From assembly GCA_965203055.1 (NCBI GenBank), contig OZ241863.1:1184001-1248000 (forward strand): 64,000 nt of DNA, read 5' to 3'. The notes beneath the pieces are model-generated. The model was not told the origin of the DNA and ran no database searches. It was given only the letters and a program-made list of their open reading frames with translations. Origin of the DNA: Spirochaetia bacterium. Its GTDB lineage: Bacteria; Spirochaetota; Spirochaetia; SZUA-6; Bin103. Numbering within the stretch: the stretch's first letter is position 1; each line of letters starts with the position of its first letter. Of the stretch, positions 48,477 through 58,968 are shown one piece after another. The position numbers and the translations under genes were made by a program.

Positions 48477-49537
48477 ATCCCGGCGTCAAGGTATTCGATT
48501 TCTTCTCCGGCTGCGGAGGAGCAAGCTGCGGGTTTCGTGCCGCCGGCATGGAAATCGTGTACGCGCTTGACCGCGACTCCGACTCCGCACGCACGTTCCA
48601 GATAAACTTCCCGTCATCATATTTCGAGCGTAAGGATATTCAGGAGGCGTCCGTCGATACGGTGCGCCGCTTGATCGATGACCTAAGACCGGCCCCGATC
48701 CTGTTCTGCGGTTGCGCGCCATGTCAGCCGTTCACCAAACAGAACACCACGCGACCGGAACCGGATAAAGACGATCGAATTACATTGCTTTCTCACTTCG
48801 CCCGCTTCATCGAAGAATGCAATCCTGACATCGTATTCGTCGAGAACGTGCCTGGTCTACAACGCCCGAACGGCTCACAGCCCTTTGCCAGTTTCCTGGA
48901 TACCCTCGAAGCCTCCGGCTATCAGTCTAAGTATGACGTGGTACCGCTCATGCGGTACGGTGTGCCGCAGAGCCGGCGCAGGCTCATGATGCTGGCGAGT
49001 CGTCACGGACCGATCGAACTGCCTCCGGAGACGCACGGACCGGGGACCGATAATCCGCGGTACGAGACGGTGAAGGACTGGATCGGAGAACTTCCCCCGA
49101 TCGCTGCCGGGGAAAGCCATCCGCAAGTCTCTGATCATCGAGCGGCGAGCCTGTCGCAGCGCAATCTGGAACGGATACGCGCGACACCGGAGGGTGGCGG
49201 ACACCGCGGTTGGCCAAGACACCTGAAACTTCCGTGTCACGAAAAGAGCGGGGGATACAGCGACGTCTACGGCCGGATGTCATGGGATCGTCCGGCCGCC
49301 GGGTTGACGACACGCTGCATCAGTTACTCCAATGGACGCTTCGGACACCCGGAACAGGATCGCGCGATTAGCTTGCGTGAAGCCGCGTCATTGCAGACGT
49401 TTCCGCTTGATTTCGTGTTCACGGGAGGTTTCGGATCGATGGCGCGGCAGATCGGCAACGCGGTGCCGGTGCGGGTGACACAAGTGATCGGAAACCATGT
49501 CAACGGACACCTGAGAGATGTGAAGGTGCCGGCGTAG
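48464..49537 (+). CDS. DNA (cytosine-5) methyltransferase
   Basis: 'DFFSGCGG', 'APCQPF', 'ENVPG', 'PQSRRR', 'REAASLQTFP', 'QIGNAVP'. Confidence 0.95.
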   Translation: MRDVNPGVKVFDFFSGCGGASCGFRAAGMEIVYALDRDSDSARTFQINFPSSYFERKDIQEASVDTVRRLIDDLRPAPILFCGCAPCQPFTKQNTTRPEPDKDDRITLLSHFARFIEECNPDIVFVENVPGLQRPNGSQPFASFLDTLEASGYQSKYDVVPLMRYGVPQSRRRLMMLASRHGPIELPPETHGPGTDNPRYETVKDWIGELPPIAAGESHPQVSDHRAASLSQRNLERIRATPEGGGHRGWPRHLKLPCHEKSGGYSDVYGRMSWDRPAAGLTTRCISYSNGRFGHPEQDRAISLREAASLQTFPLDFVFTGGFGSMARQIGNAVPVRVTQVIGNHVNGHLRDVKVPA

Positions 49538-49538
49538 A

Positions 49539-52517
49539 ATGGCGACCTTCAAGACCAGCGCCAGAACGCTCGACATGCTCGGTCGCCAACAGATAGCGGG
49601 GATTCCAACGGCGATCAGCGAGCTATTCAAGAACGCGCACGACGCGTACGCCGACCGGGTAGAGATCGACTACTACCGGAGCGACGGGCTGTTCGTGCTG
49701 CGCGACGACGGCATCGGCATGACCAAGGCCGAGTTTACTGAGCGATGGCTTACCATCGGTACCGACAGCAAGGTCGACCCTCAGAAACGGAGCGGTCTTC
49801 ATCATTCCTCCGGCAGGCCACGACGGCCGATATTGGGAGAAAAAGGTATCGGTCGCCTGGCGATCGCCACGATCGGCCACCAGGTGCTGGTACTGACGCG
49901 CGCCAAACGCAACGGTACGTTGTCGGACCTGACGGCGGCGTTCATTAACTGGAGTATCTTCGCGTGCCCGGGAATAGACCTCGACGACATTCGTATTCCG
50001 ATTCGCAGTTTTCGCGGCGGAGAGTTGCCGAACGCCGAGGAGGTGGCCGAGATGGTTGCCGACTTCCGGCACGGTATTGGGCGACTGAAAGCAAGGATCG
50101 ACCGTGATCACTACGAGCGCATCGAGCGTGAATTGGATCGATTCAAGGTCGATCCTCAGGACATCGATGGCTACCGTCGCGCTCCGACGCTCCGCGCATC
50201 AGGGGCCGGCACGCACTTCATTCTGCTTCCGGCTTCCGATCTGCTCGCTGAAGACATTGACGTTGATCCTAGTGTCGATAAAGAGCCTCGACTGACGAAA
50301 GCGCTGCTGGGCTTCGCGAATACCATGTCGATCGACAAGCGGGAACCGGTCATCCGTACCGCCTTCAGAGACCATAGATCGAATGTGCTCTGCAATGACC
50401 TGATCACTGAGCGTAAGTTTTTCACTCGGGAAGATTTTCGCAACGCGGATCATCAGGTAACCGGAAAGTTCGACGAGTATGGTCAGTTTACCGGTCGCGT
50501 AGCGATATACGGAGATACGATCGAGGACCACGTCATACCCTGGCGCAATCCGGACGGACGGCCTACGGCGTGCGGTCCGTTCGACATCAGTTTCGCCGCG
50601 GTCGAAGGAGAGGCCAGACATTCCACGCTTCCGCCGGAGGAACACGCGTCGATCGTGGACAAGACCAATCGGTTGGGCGGTCTGTACATATTTCGTGATG
50701 GCATCCGTATTCTGCCGTACGGGGATACCGACTACGACTGGCTCGACATCGAGTTTCGACGGACGAAGAGCGCCTATTACTACTATTTCTCTCACCGCAA
50801 GATGTTCGGGGTCGTGGAAATCGATTCCGAGCGCAACGGCGGTCTTCACGAGAAGGCCGGCAGGGAAGGCTTTCGAGAAAACAAGGCATATCGTCAGCTC
50901 CGTAGTATCTTGCGCAACTTCTTCGTGCAGATGGCAGCCGACTTCTTTCGCAAGGAAGGCGCGCACAGCGATCGTTTCGAGACGCGGAAGGCGGATCTGG
51001 AGAAGACGGAGATGGACCGGCGGCGGCGGGAAAGACTCGTTTCCGTGAAGCGCCGCCGCATGATGGATGACCTCGGCACGTTTTTCGCGCGGGTGGAGCG
51101 AGGTGAGCCGGAGGACCGGGCACTGCGGCTGAGCCAGAACGTCGAGGACCAACTACGGAACGCGCTTCGCATGGAAGATCCACAACAGGCGGCGCAGGAG
51201 ATCATACGCATCGAACGGAGCGCTGCGGCTGACCTGCGTGACCTGGAGGCGCGCTATCGCGTAGCGCGGCCGAAGGTCGCTTTGACCAAGGCACTGCAGC
51301 GGGAGTGGCGCGCGTACACTGCCGCGTCCGCCGAGCTCGAGACCAATGTATTTCGGGAAACACGGGAATCGATCGAGGATCTCATCAGCGACGAGGCGGA
51401 GAAGGCCCGCCTGGAACTCGATCATCGGCTGCGGATGGAGACGACCCTCAACGAACTTGCGGAACACGCCAGGAAGGAGACGCGCCACCGCGGAGCCGAG
51501 GCGCGACGCAAAGCCGACTCGATGGCGCATGAGGTGCGCACAGCGGCGACGGCGTGCATCAGGGAGGTCGAGTCGGCATTGCGGTCCGTAGTCGTCGACT
51601 TCCAACGCACGGAGTTGTCATCGTTCGAAAACGATGAGTTCCGGCGTATACGCGAGCGGTGGGAATCGAATATACGCGAGGTGTGGGAGAAACGGTCGAC
51701 GCGCCTCGAATCGATTCGGTCGCAGCTCGAGGCAATAGATCTGAGCGGTGCGGCGTCGACGCTGGAGGACCAGCTCGTTGCCGTCGAACAACGAAACGTG
51801 CTGCTGGAGGAGGAAGCGGCCGTCGATCTCCAGCTAGCTCAGCTTGGCATGGCGGTCGAGATCATAAACCACGAATTCCGGGCTACGGTCGGTTCGCTGC
51901 GCAACAATCTGCGGGGACTCAAGGCGTGGGCGGACGTGAACCCGGGACTCAAAGGGCTCTATCGGAACATACGGGCCAGCTTCGATCATCTTGACGGGTA
52001 CCTTACGCTGTTCACGCCGCTGCATCGACGGCTCTACCGCAAGGAGGTCGAGATCCTCGGTTCGGAGATATACACCTTCCTGAAGGATCTGTTCAACGAA
52101 CGGCTTGCGCGCCATGACGTGAGGATGTCACGGACCGACGCCTTTTCCGAATCCGTGACGATAGGCTACCCGTCATCCTTCTACCCGGTGTTCGTCAATC
52201 TGGTCGATAACGCGATCTTCTGGCTGTCGCAACGGAACCCTACCGAGGAGCGGACCATCGAACTCGATGCCGCGCAAGGAGCGTTTATGATAAATGACTC
52301 AGGTCCCGGCATACCTCGACGAGACCGGGAGGCGATCTTCGAATACGGTTTCACCAGGAAGCCCGGCGGACGAGGGATGGGCCTAGCCATATCCCGCGAG
52401 ACGCTACACAGGGTAGGCTATGATCTCACGCTGGCAGAACCCGCGGCGAACGGCGGAGCGACGTTCCTGATTAGTCCACACAATACGCACAAGGAGCGAA
52501 CCAACGGTGCCAAATAA
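49539..52517 (+). CDS. MORC-like GHKL ATPase fused to a C-terminal histidine kinase
   Basis: N-terminal 'ELFKNAHDA', 'DDGIGM', 'GEKGIGRLA'; coiled coil; C-terminal H-box 'INHEF', 'NLVDNA', 'DSGPGI', 'GRGMGL'. Confidence 0.85.
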   Translation: MATFKTSARTLDMLGRQQIAGIPTAISELFKNAHDAYADRVEIDYYRSDGLFVLRDDGIGMTKAEFTERWLTIGTDSKVDPQKRSGLHHSSGRPRRPILGEKGIGRLAIATIGHQVLVLTRAKRNGTLSDLTAAFINWSIFACPGIDLDDIRIPIRSFRGGELPNAEEVAEMVADFRHGIGRLKARIDRDHYERIERELDRFKVDPQDIDGYRRAPTLRASGAGTHFILLPASDLLAEDIDVDPSVDKEPRLTKALLGFANTMSIDKREPVIRTAFRDHRSNVLCNDLITERKFFTREDFRNADHQVTGKFDEYGQFTGRVAIYGDTIEDHVIPWRNPDGRPTACGPFDISFAAVEGEARHSTLPPEEHASIVDKTNRLGGLYIFRDGIRILPYGDTDYDWLDIEFRRTKSAYYYYFSHRKMFGVVEIDSERNGGLHEKAGREGFRENKAYRQLRSILRNFFVQMAADFFRKEGAHSDRFETRKADLEKTEMDRRRRERLVSVKRRRMMDDLGTFFARVERGEPEDRALRLSQNVEDQLRNALRMEDPQQAAQEIIRIERSAAADLRDLEARYRVARPKVALTKALQREWRAYTAASAELETNVFRETRESIEDLISDEAEKARLELDHRLRMETTLNELAEHARKETRHRGAEARRKADSMAHEVRTAATACIREVESALRSVVVDFQRTELSSFENDEFRRIRERWESNIREVWEKRSTRLESIRSQLEAIDLSGAASTLEDQLVAVEQRNVLLEEEAAVDLQLAQLGMAVEIINHEFRATVGSLRNNLRGLKAWADVNPGLKGLYRNIRASFDHLDGYLTLFTPLHRRLYRKEVEILGSEIYTFLKDLFNERLARHDVRMSRTDAFSESVTIGYPSSFYPVFVNLVDNAIFWLSQRNPTEERTIELDAAQGAFMINDSGPGIPRRDREAIFEYGFTRKPGGRGMGLAISRETLHRVGYDLTLAEPAANGGATFLISPHNTHKERTNGAK

Positions 52518-54081
52518 CTTCGATGAACGATGCCGGGAGATCGCAAGACGGTTTCTCGTCAGCGCGGTGGTCGTGGATGACCAGCCGTATTACGGCGGAA
52601 CGGAGCCGGTCGGACCTCTGCGAACGCCAAGCCGCACCGATCGGACGGTTGGCGACGAGAAACCGCCGGGACGCGGCGGCGGTCAGAGCCTGGACGCGGG
52701 CGCGATTACGGATTCGTTCTCCAAGGTCGGTCTCATTTGCGGAGTCGTCAAGCCCGCAGATGACGGGGACGTCGACGCGGCGGCGGTCAGGCGTGCGGAT
52801 CTGCTCGTGATCGACTGGCAATTGCAAGATGACAGTGGCACGCGAGCTCTGAAACTGATCAATTCGATCTTGGAAGGCGATCAAGGCCAACGGCTCCGCT
52901 TGATAGCCGTGTATACCGGAGAGCCGGATATCGCCGGGATCGGAGAGCAGATAAATAAGAAGTTGTGTAATCGATACGATCTTAAGAGTGGAACGAGGGA
53001 CCATCCCGTTACGCTATCTTGCGGACATTGCCGCATCGTAATCTATGCGAAGCTGGGTACGCAGTTGAATCAGGAACTTATGAATTGGGCGGTAAGCGAA
53101 GCAAACCTTCCGGATCTGCTGATCGATGACTTTGTGCGGATGACGACGGGACTCGTGCCGAGTATTGCGCTCGTCGCGCTGACCGCGGTCCGCGAAAACC
53201 CACATCAAGTACTGGACAAGTTCGACAGCAGACTCGATGCGGCGTTCCTCGCGCATCGAGCGTGCCTTCCCATCCCGGATGATTCAGGGCAGCACATGGT
53301 GGCTCAGATCGCGAGTGAATTACGCGCTATTATGGAGGAGGAGGTCGGCCGGGATCCGCCGAAGTGGATGGAAGCGATAAAATTGTGGATCGAGAAATTC
53401 AAGGGTAGCGGGGATATTGTGTTCGAGGACGAACGGGTTCCTCAGAAAGGCGTGCTCGATATGCTTGAGAGGGGAGTAGACGCTACGAAGGTGCGCAGTA
53501 ACAGGAAACGTGAGCGTCCGCACCTTTGGCTGACAGACGGCTTTGTCCGCTCCGACGATCCGAAAGATATCGATCGCCGACTTGCGTGGCTAATGTGCTT
53601 TCGGGCCATTGATCCGCCGGACAAGAGGCTCTGGCTGGGTACCGCCGTGCGGAGATGCGGATACTCCGATTGCGAGGAGCTTCTGCTATGCATGAGGCCG
53701 AGATGCGACAGCGTGCGGATGAAGGGAGCGGAATCGTTCCTCTTTCTGCCGCTGCTGATCGATCCTAAGCCGGGTAAGTTTCAGCTTGTGGTGCGATCGA
53801 GTGCGAAGGGTCCAAAGTACTGCCCGGTCAGTGTAGACACGGACATGTCGCGGTGGAAAATGATCGAGTTCGAGCCCGATCCGACCGCCAAGGCGGTCGT
53901 CGCGCAGAAGGAGGAGAACGGGTCGGCCGGGTACGTCTTCACGGACGTATGTGGCAAGCGATACGAGTGGATCGGGGAATTGAAGACGGAGGTCGCGCAC
54001 AGCGTGGGGCAGACCCTCGGGTCCACGCTGTCGCGCATCGCTTTGGACAGATCCGAGTGGCTCAGGAGATCGGAGCGTTGA
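52507..54081 (+). CDS. Receiver-domain protein with long uncharacterised C-terminus
   Basis: 'AVVVDD', phospho-acceptor 'LLVIDWQL', 'AVYTG'; C-terminal 'PRCDSVR'; overlaps kinase stop. Confidence 0.8.
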   Translation: MPNNFDERCREIARRFLVSAVVVDDQPYYGGTEPVGPLRTPSRTDRTVGDEKPPGRGGGQSLDAGAITDSFSKVGLICGVVKPADDGDVDAAAVRRADLLVIDWQLQDDSGTRALKLINSILEGDQGQRLRLIAVYTGEPDIAGIGEQINKKLCNRYDLKSGTRDHPVTLSCGHCRIVIYAKLGTQLNQELMNWAVSEANLPDLLIDDFVRMTTGLVPSIALVALTAVRENPHQVLDKFDSRLDAAFLAHRACLPIPDDSGQHMVAQIASELRAIMEEEVGRDPPKWMEAIKLWIEKFKGSGDIVFEDERVPQKGVLDMLERGVDATKVRSNRKRERPHLWLTDGFVRSDDPKDIDRRLAWLMCFRAIDPPDKRLWLGTAVRRCGYSDCEELLLCMRPRCDSVRMKGAESFLFLPLLIDPKPGKFQLVVRSSAKGPKYCPVSVDTDMSRWKMIEFEPDPTAKAVVAQKEENGSAGYVFTDVCGKRYEWIGELKTEVAHSVGQTLGSTLSRIALDRSEWLRRSER

Positions 54082-54100
54082 GGCGCAACCGGGAGACGCA

Positions 54101-55141
54101 GTGACCGCCCTGCCGCTTGGCCTGTTGCGGACGCTGCAGGCCGCCGCGCCGGCGGAGGCGTGGCGGGCGCTGTTGGGGTTCGTGTGGGAACTCTGCTCGC
54201 CGGCGCTGTCCGGGGACGCCGCCGAAGTGACGCGGCGCGACCGCGCCGCGGCGCCGGCGGACCTGTTTCTGGCGACCGCCGGCTGGGACCTCTGGACCGA
54301 GTACTACGCCAGCGTGCCGCGTACCGCCGAGCGGCTGGCCGCGTGGTGGGCGGCGACCGCGCCGGGCCGCGCGGTGCTGATCCTCGACGCGCTGTCGCTG
54401 CGGGAAGCGCCCTGGTTGCTGCACGGCGCCGCGCAGCGCGGCTACGCCGTGCACGCCGCGGCGGCGACCGGGGCCGAGCTGCCGGCCGACACCGGCCCGT
54501 TTGCCCGCGCCCTGGGGTTCGGGCAGCGCTCGGCGCTCGAAAACGACGGCGCCGGCGGCGCGCACCGGCTGCCGGGCGCCCGCACCGACAGCGTCGATCT
54601 GCCGTGGCGCGACTGCGTTGAACTGATCGACGCGGCGCCGGACTGGGTGCTGTGGCACCACTGGCCGGATGACCGCATCCACGGCCTGAGCGTGCCGGGG
54701 CGGGGGCTGGAGGCGCTCGCCGCGGATACCGCTGCGCAGCTTGCCGGCGACGACTTCTGGGCGCTGGTCGAGCGCTTGACCACCGGCCGGCGGCTGGTGG
54801 TGACCGGCGATCACGGCTACGCCGCCACCGGCTTGTTCCCCGACGCCGCCGACCGGGAACAGACCCGCTATCTGCGAGCGCGCTTCAAGAGCGGGCGGTC
54901 CGCGCCCTCCACGCCTGAAGGGGCCACGCCGGACGGCGCCGCGGCGGACGGCGCCGCGCCGGGCGGCTGGGCGCCGCCGCTGGATGCCGTGGTGGAGACG
55001 CCGCACGGCCGGCACGCGTTCGTGCTCGGCCGGCGCAAGTGGCGGAGCCGGGGCGGCTACCCGACGCTCGCTCACGGCGGCCTGTCGCTGCTGGAGGTCG
55101 CGGTGCCCTTCATCGAGCTGTCGCGGCCCGGCGGGACCTGA
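54101..55141 (+). CDS. Short PglZ-like alkaline-phosphatase-superfamily protein
   Basis: 'VLILDALSLRE', 'VVTGDHGY', 'HGGLSLLEVAVP'. Confidence 0.78.
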   Translation: MTALPLGLLRTLQAAAPAEAWRALLGFVWELCSPALSGDAAEVTRRDRAAAPADLFLATAGWDLWTEYYASVPRTAERLAAWWAATAPGRAVLILDALSLREAPWLLHGAAQRGYAVHAAAATGAELPADTGPFARALGFGQRSALENDGAGGAHRLPGARTDSVDLPWRDCVELIDAAPDWVLWHHWPDDRIHGLSVPGRGLEALAADTAAQLAGDDFWALVERLTTGRRLVVTGDHGYAATGLFPDAADREQTRYLRARFKSGRSAPSTPEGATPDGAAADGAAPGGWAPPLDAVVETPHGRHAFVLGRRKWRSRGGYPTLAHGGLSLLEVAVPFIELSRPGGT

Positions 55142-58100
55142 AGATCGACCTGCGGATGCCGGCACGCAACGGAACCACGAAAGCGGCGCGGCTGGCCGCG
55201 GAGATCGCCCGGGCGGTGGACGCCGGCCGGCCGCGGGCGCTTCCCACCGTGGACTTCGCCGATCCCGATCGCCCGCGGACCTGCCTGGAGGTCGACTTTC
55301 CGATCCTGCCGGTGAATCAGGTGGCGGCCATCGAGGGCAACGCCGGCAAGCCGATCTACCAGATGTCGAAGTGGTGGGCGCGGCGGCGGTCGAGCGTGTT
55401 CCGGGCGCTGCTGATCGCCGCCGCGGCCAAGGCGCCGGACGATCCGGCCGCCGCGGCAAAGCAGGTCTGGGACGCCTACTACGGCAATCACTCCGAGGGC
55501 GGCGCGTTCGCCGGTCTCAAGGTCGCCGACCTGTTCATGGGCGGCGGCACCACCATCGTCGAGGGCGCCCGCCTCGGCATGGAGATGTACGGCACCGATC
55601 TCAACCCGGTCGCCTGGTTCGTGGTCCGCAACGAGCTGGCCGAGGTCGAGCGGTCCGAGGTGGAGGCGCTGCTCGCCGCGGTCGAAGCCGAGGTGCGCCC
55701 GGCGATCATGCCGTTCTACGCCTGCGACTGTCCGCGCGGCCACTCTGGAACCTGGACCCGGCGCGCGACCGGCGAGGCGATGGGACCGGAGTTCGATCCG
55801 CTGGCGCTGCGCCCGGAGCAGCGGGCCGAGTACGACTACGCCGGCCCCGAGGCGATCTACGTGTTCTGGGCCAAGCACGGCCCCTGTCAGGTGACCGGCT
55901 GCGGCCACCGCACGCCGATCATCACCGCCCCGGTCATGGCCGTGAAGACGCTCACCGTGAACGCCTGGGCGCACCGCTGCCGCGCTTGCGGGCGCCCGTT
56001 CGAGGTGGAGGAGCAGGACGCGCGCATGGCGCCCGGGGCGCCGCTGGTCGCCGCCGCGTCGGAGGCCGCCTACGCGGTGCGGCAGGCCGACTTCTCGGTG
56101 CGCTGCCCGCACTGCGCGGCCTGCGAGCCCGTGGTCTCCCCCGACCGCACGCCGCGGCGCAAGAAAGTCGAGCTGGCGCTGTTGATTCATCCGCAATGGC
56201 TGGCCGGGGAGGCCGGGCGGGCGGCGGACGGCGCGCGCTACGGCGGCTCGGTAGCCGACGACGCCGCGTCCACGGTCCGGTGGAACGGCGCCCGCGCCGC
56301 CCGCCTGCGGCTGCTCGAAGTGCGCGGCCCGCTGCCGGAGGAGGTGACCTGCCCGGAGACCGGCCAACGCTTCAAGACCGGCAAGGCGGGCGGCACGGTC
56401 CCGGCGAAGTCGCGCTTCGCGTGCGGCGCCTGCGGCACGGTGCAGGACGTGTTGACCGCGATCAAGGCGTCCGGCGCCACCGGCCCGGTCGCCGCCTACG
56501 CGCTGCAGGGGTATTGCCCGACGTGCGCCGAGGAGCGGCGCCCCTACCGCGGGCGGTTCTTCGCCGCGGTCGACGACCCGCGCCGCTTCGACGCCGCGGC
56601 GCGCGAGTGGGAACGGCGCAAGGAGCAGGACCTTGCGGCCTGGTGGCCGCGTCAGGAGGTCCCGTACGGCTACATGACCGGGATGGCCAACGGCGACATT
56701 CGCCAAGGCCATGGTTTCACTCACTGGTGGACGATGTTCAACCCGCGCCAGCTCCTGGTCCACACCCAGTTGCTGCGCGCCATCGTCGCCGCGGAACCGG
56801 AGCGCCATCGGTGGCCGGCGCGCGAATACGTGCTCGGCGCGTTCCAACAGTACCTGCGCAACCAGAGCATGTTTTCGTTCTGGCATCGTGCGCGCGATCA
56901 CTTCGCTCCCGCCCTTTCCAACAGCAACTATCATCCAAAGGACATATCCGTCGAGGTGGGGGTTTACACGGGCGTGGGCTACGGTACTTGGCCGTCTACC
57001 TACTCACGCCTTATCGATGCGTCTGAGTGGGCCGGGGCGCCGTGGGAGGTCGTGGCCAATGCGCGCCTGCGCCAGCAGGCGCCGGCGCTGCGGGACCGGC
57101 TCGCCGGCAAGAGCGAGAAGGTGTTTCCCGCGGATCCGGTACGCGGGCGGCGGGCAACGCTCGAGTGCCGGTCGGCGACCGACTTGGCCGGCATCCCGGA
57201 CGAGGCCTACGACTTGGTGGTCACCGATCCGCCGTTCGGCGGTCTGCTGCACTATAGCGAGCTGGCCGACTTCTTCTACGTCTGGCTGCGGCTGGCGCTG
57301 CGCGACCGCTATCCCGATCGGTTCACGGCCGAACACACCCCCAAGAGCCTGGAGGCGGTGGCCAACCGGGCGCGCCACCCGGATGCTCCCGACGCCTTCT
57401 ATCGGCGCCTGCTGACCGCCTGCTGGCGGGAGGCGGCGCGCATCCTCAAGCCGGGCGGGCTGCTCACGTTCACCTTCCATCACAGCGAGGACGCGCCGTG
57501 GGTGGCGGTGCTGGAGAGCCTGTTCGACGCCGGCTTCTACCTGCAGGCGACCTATCCGATTCGCAGCGACGAGACCAAGGGGAGGGGCGAGTTTGGCTCC
57601 AAGAAGATCGAGTACGACATCATCCACGTATGCCGCAAGCGCCGGGAGGAACCGCCGCGGGTGAGCTGGGCCCGGATGCGCCGCCAGGTGCTGGCCGACG
57701 TGCGCCACCTGCAGGCCCTGCTGGAGCTGCACCGGCGGAACGGGCTGCCGGAGGCCGACCTGCAGGTGATCCGGCGCGGCAAGGCGCTGGAGTACTTCAG
57801 CCGCCACTACGGCCACGTGTACGTCAACGTGGGCGAGCCGATGTCGGTGCAGGAAGCACTGCGGGGAATCAACCAGCTCCTCGACGAGGAACTGGGCGGC
57901 GCCGGCGATCCGCCGCCGCCCGCCGCCGAGCCGTTCACGCGCCAGTTCCTGCGCCTGTTCGACGGCCGCACCGAGGTGCCGCGCGACCAGCTCCAGAAGT
58001 TGCTGCGCGGCACCGGCAGCGCGCCGGGAGACTTCGCGGAGCGCGGCTGGTGCCGGCAGGAGACCCGGGTCTACCACCTCGTGCCGCCGCGGGAACTGGC

Positions 58101-58404
58101 GCAGGCCCGGATCGACAACCCCGCCGGCATGGTGAGCGACTACGACCAGGCGGCGTTCCTGATCGGCGCCTGCTGCGACGACAGCGGCATCAACGTCACC
58201 GCTACGCTCGACAACGGCAACTTCGCCCAGCATCCCGCCCTGGGCGCGCTGCTCGACTGGTTCGCGCGCCGCGGCGCGACTGACGAGACCCGCACCGCGG
58301 CGGACCGGGCGCGCCGCCTCCTGCGCGACTGGAACGCCCGCAACCGCGACCGGCGCCGCGACCCGCAGCGCGAACTGTTCGTCGACCAGGAAGCGGCGTC
58401 GTGA
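55138..58404 (+). CDS. DUF1156-type adenine DNA methyltransferase with zinc ribbons
   Basis: 'SKWWARR', motif I 'DLFMGGGT', motif IV 'TDPPFG', 'YSELADFFYVW', several CxxC pairs; start CTG 55138 or ATG 55156. Confidence 0.85.
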   Translation: MKIDLRMPARNGTTKAARLAAEIARAVDAGRPRALPTVDFADPDRPRTCLEVDFPILPVNQVAAIEGNAGKPIYQMSKWWARRRSSVFRALLIAAAAKAPDDPAAAAKQVWDAYYGNHSEGGAFAGLKVADLFMGGGTTIVEGARLGMEMYGTDLNPVAWFVVRNELAEVERSEVEALLAAVEAEVRPAIMPFYACDCPRGHSGTWTRRATGEAMGPEFDPLALRPEQRAEYDYAGPEAIYVFWAKHGPCQVTGCGHRTPIITAPVMAVKTLTVNAWAHRCRACGRPFEVEEQDARMAPGAPLVAAASEAAYAVRQADFSVRCPHCAACEPVVSPDRTPRRKKVELALLIHPQWLAGEAGRAADGARYGGSVADDAASTVRWNGARAARLRLLEVRGPLPEEVTCPETGQRFKTGKAGGTVPAKSRFACGACGTVQDVLTAIKASGATGPVAAYALQGYCPTCAEERRPYRGRFFAAVDDPRRFDAAAREWERRKEQDLAAWWPRQEVPYGYMTGMANGDIRQGHGFTHWWTMFNPRQLLVHTQLLRAIVAAEPERHRWPAREYVLGAFQQYLRNQSMFSFWHRARDHFAPALSNSNYHPKDISVEVGVYTGVGYGTWPSTYSRLIDASEWAGAPWEVVANARLRQQAPALRDRLAGKSEKVFPADPVRGRRATLECRSATDLAGIPDEAYDLVVTDPPFGGLLHYSELADFFYVWLRLALRDRYPDRFTAEHTPKSLEAVANRARHPDAPDAFYRRLLTACWREAARILKPGGLLTFTFHHSEDAPWVAVLESLFDAGFYLQATYPIRSDETKGRGEFGSKKIEYDIIHVCRKRREEPPRVSWARMRRQVLADVRHLQALLELHRRNGLPEADLQVIRRGKALEYFSRHYGHVYVNVGEPMSVQEALRGINQLLDEELGGAGDPPPPAAEPFTRQFLRLFDGRTEVPRDQLQKLLRGTGSAPGDFAERGWCRQETRVYHLVPPRELAQARIDNPAGMVSDYDQAAFLIGACCDDSGINVTATLDNGNFAQHPALGALLDWFARRGATDETRTAADRARRLLRDWNARNRDRRRDPQRELFVDQEAAS

Positions 58405-58922
58405 ACCTGCAGCAGGGCGACGTCTGGAAGCGGCGCGGCTGCTCCCTGCTGTGGGACGCCGCCGCCCTGGCGGCGGTGACCGCGCCGGCCGCGGTCGCCT
58501 CGCTGCGGCAATTCTTCGCCATGACCCGCGCCTGGCCGAGGGAGCTGCCGGGCGCCGGCGGCGACGCGCTGGTGGTGGCCGGCGTGGAGGGGTGTCTGGA
58601 CGCCCTGAGCGGCGCCGACGGCCGGACCTGGCTGGAGACCGACCTCAAGCCGGCCCTGCTGAGCTTCCAGGATGAGTATGAGGGGCAGGCGGCGCTGATC
58701 CTGTGGCTGCCGTCGGGCCGCAGCCGCATCCGCATGGTCACCGCCACCGAGGAGTACTTCTGGCACGACGACCGCGCCGCGGCCTCCGGCGGGCTGCCGC
58801 TCGGCCGCTGCCTGTGGGCCGGCGCCGAGTCGGACGCGGCGCGCATCATCGTCTCCGCCGCGCCGCAGCCCGATGTCGACGGTCCCGCCTGGGCCGGCCT
58901 CTACCACCCGCGCCTCTCATGA
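58401..58922 (+). CDS. Hypothetical protein of the DUF499/DUF1156 operon
   Basis: GTGA-coupled to the methylase; 173 aa alpha/beta pattern. Confidence 0.75.
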   Translation: MNLQQGDVWKRRGCSLLWDAAALAAVTAPAAVASLRQFFAMTRAWPRELPGAGGDALVVAGVEGCLDALSGADGRTWLETDLKPALLSFQDEYEGQAALILWLPSGRSRIRMVTATEEYFWHDDRAAASGGLPLGRCLWAGAESDAARIIVSAAPQPDVDGPAWAGLYHPRLS

Positions 58923-58968
58923 CGGGCTATATTGAGTGACACGTGCAGGTAAGATAGAGGAGATACAA

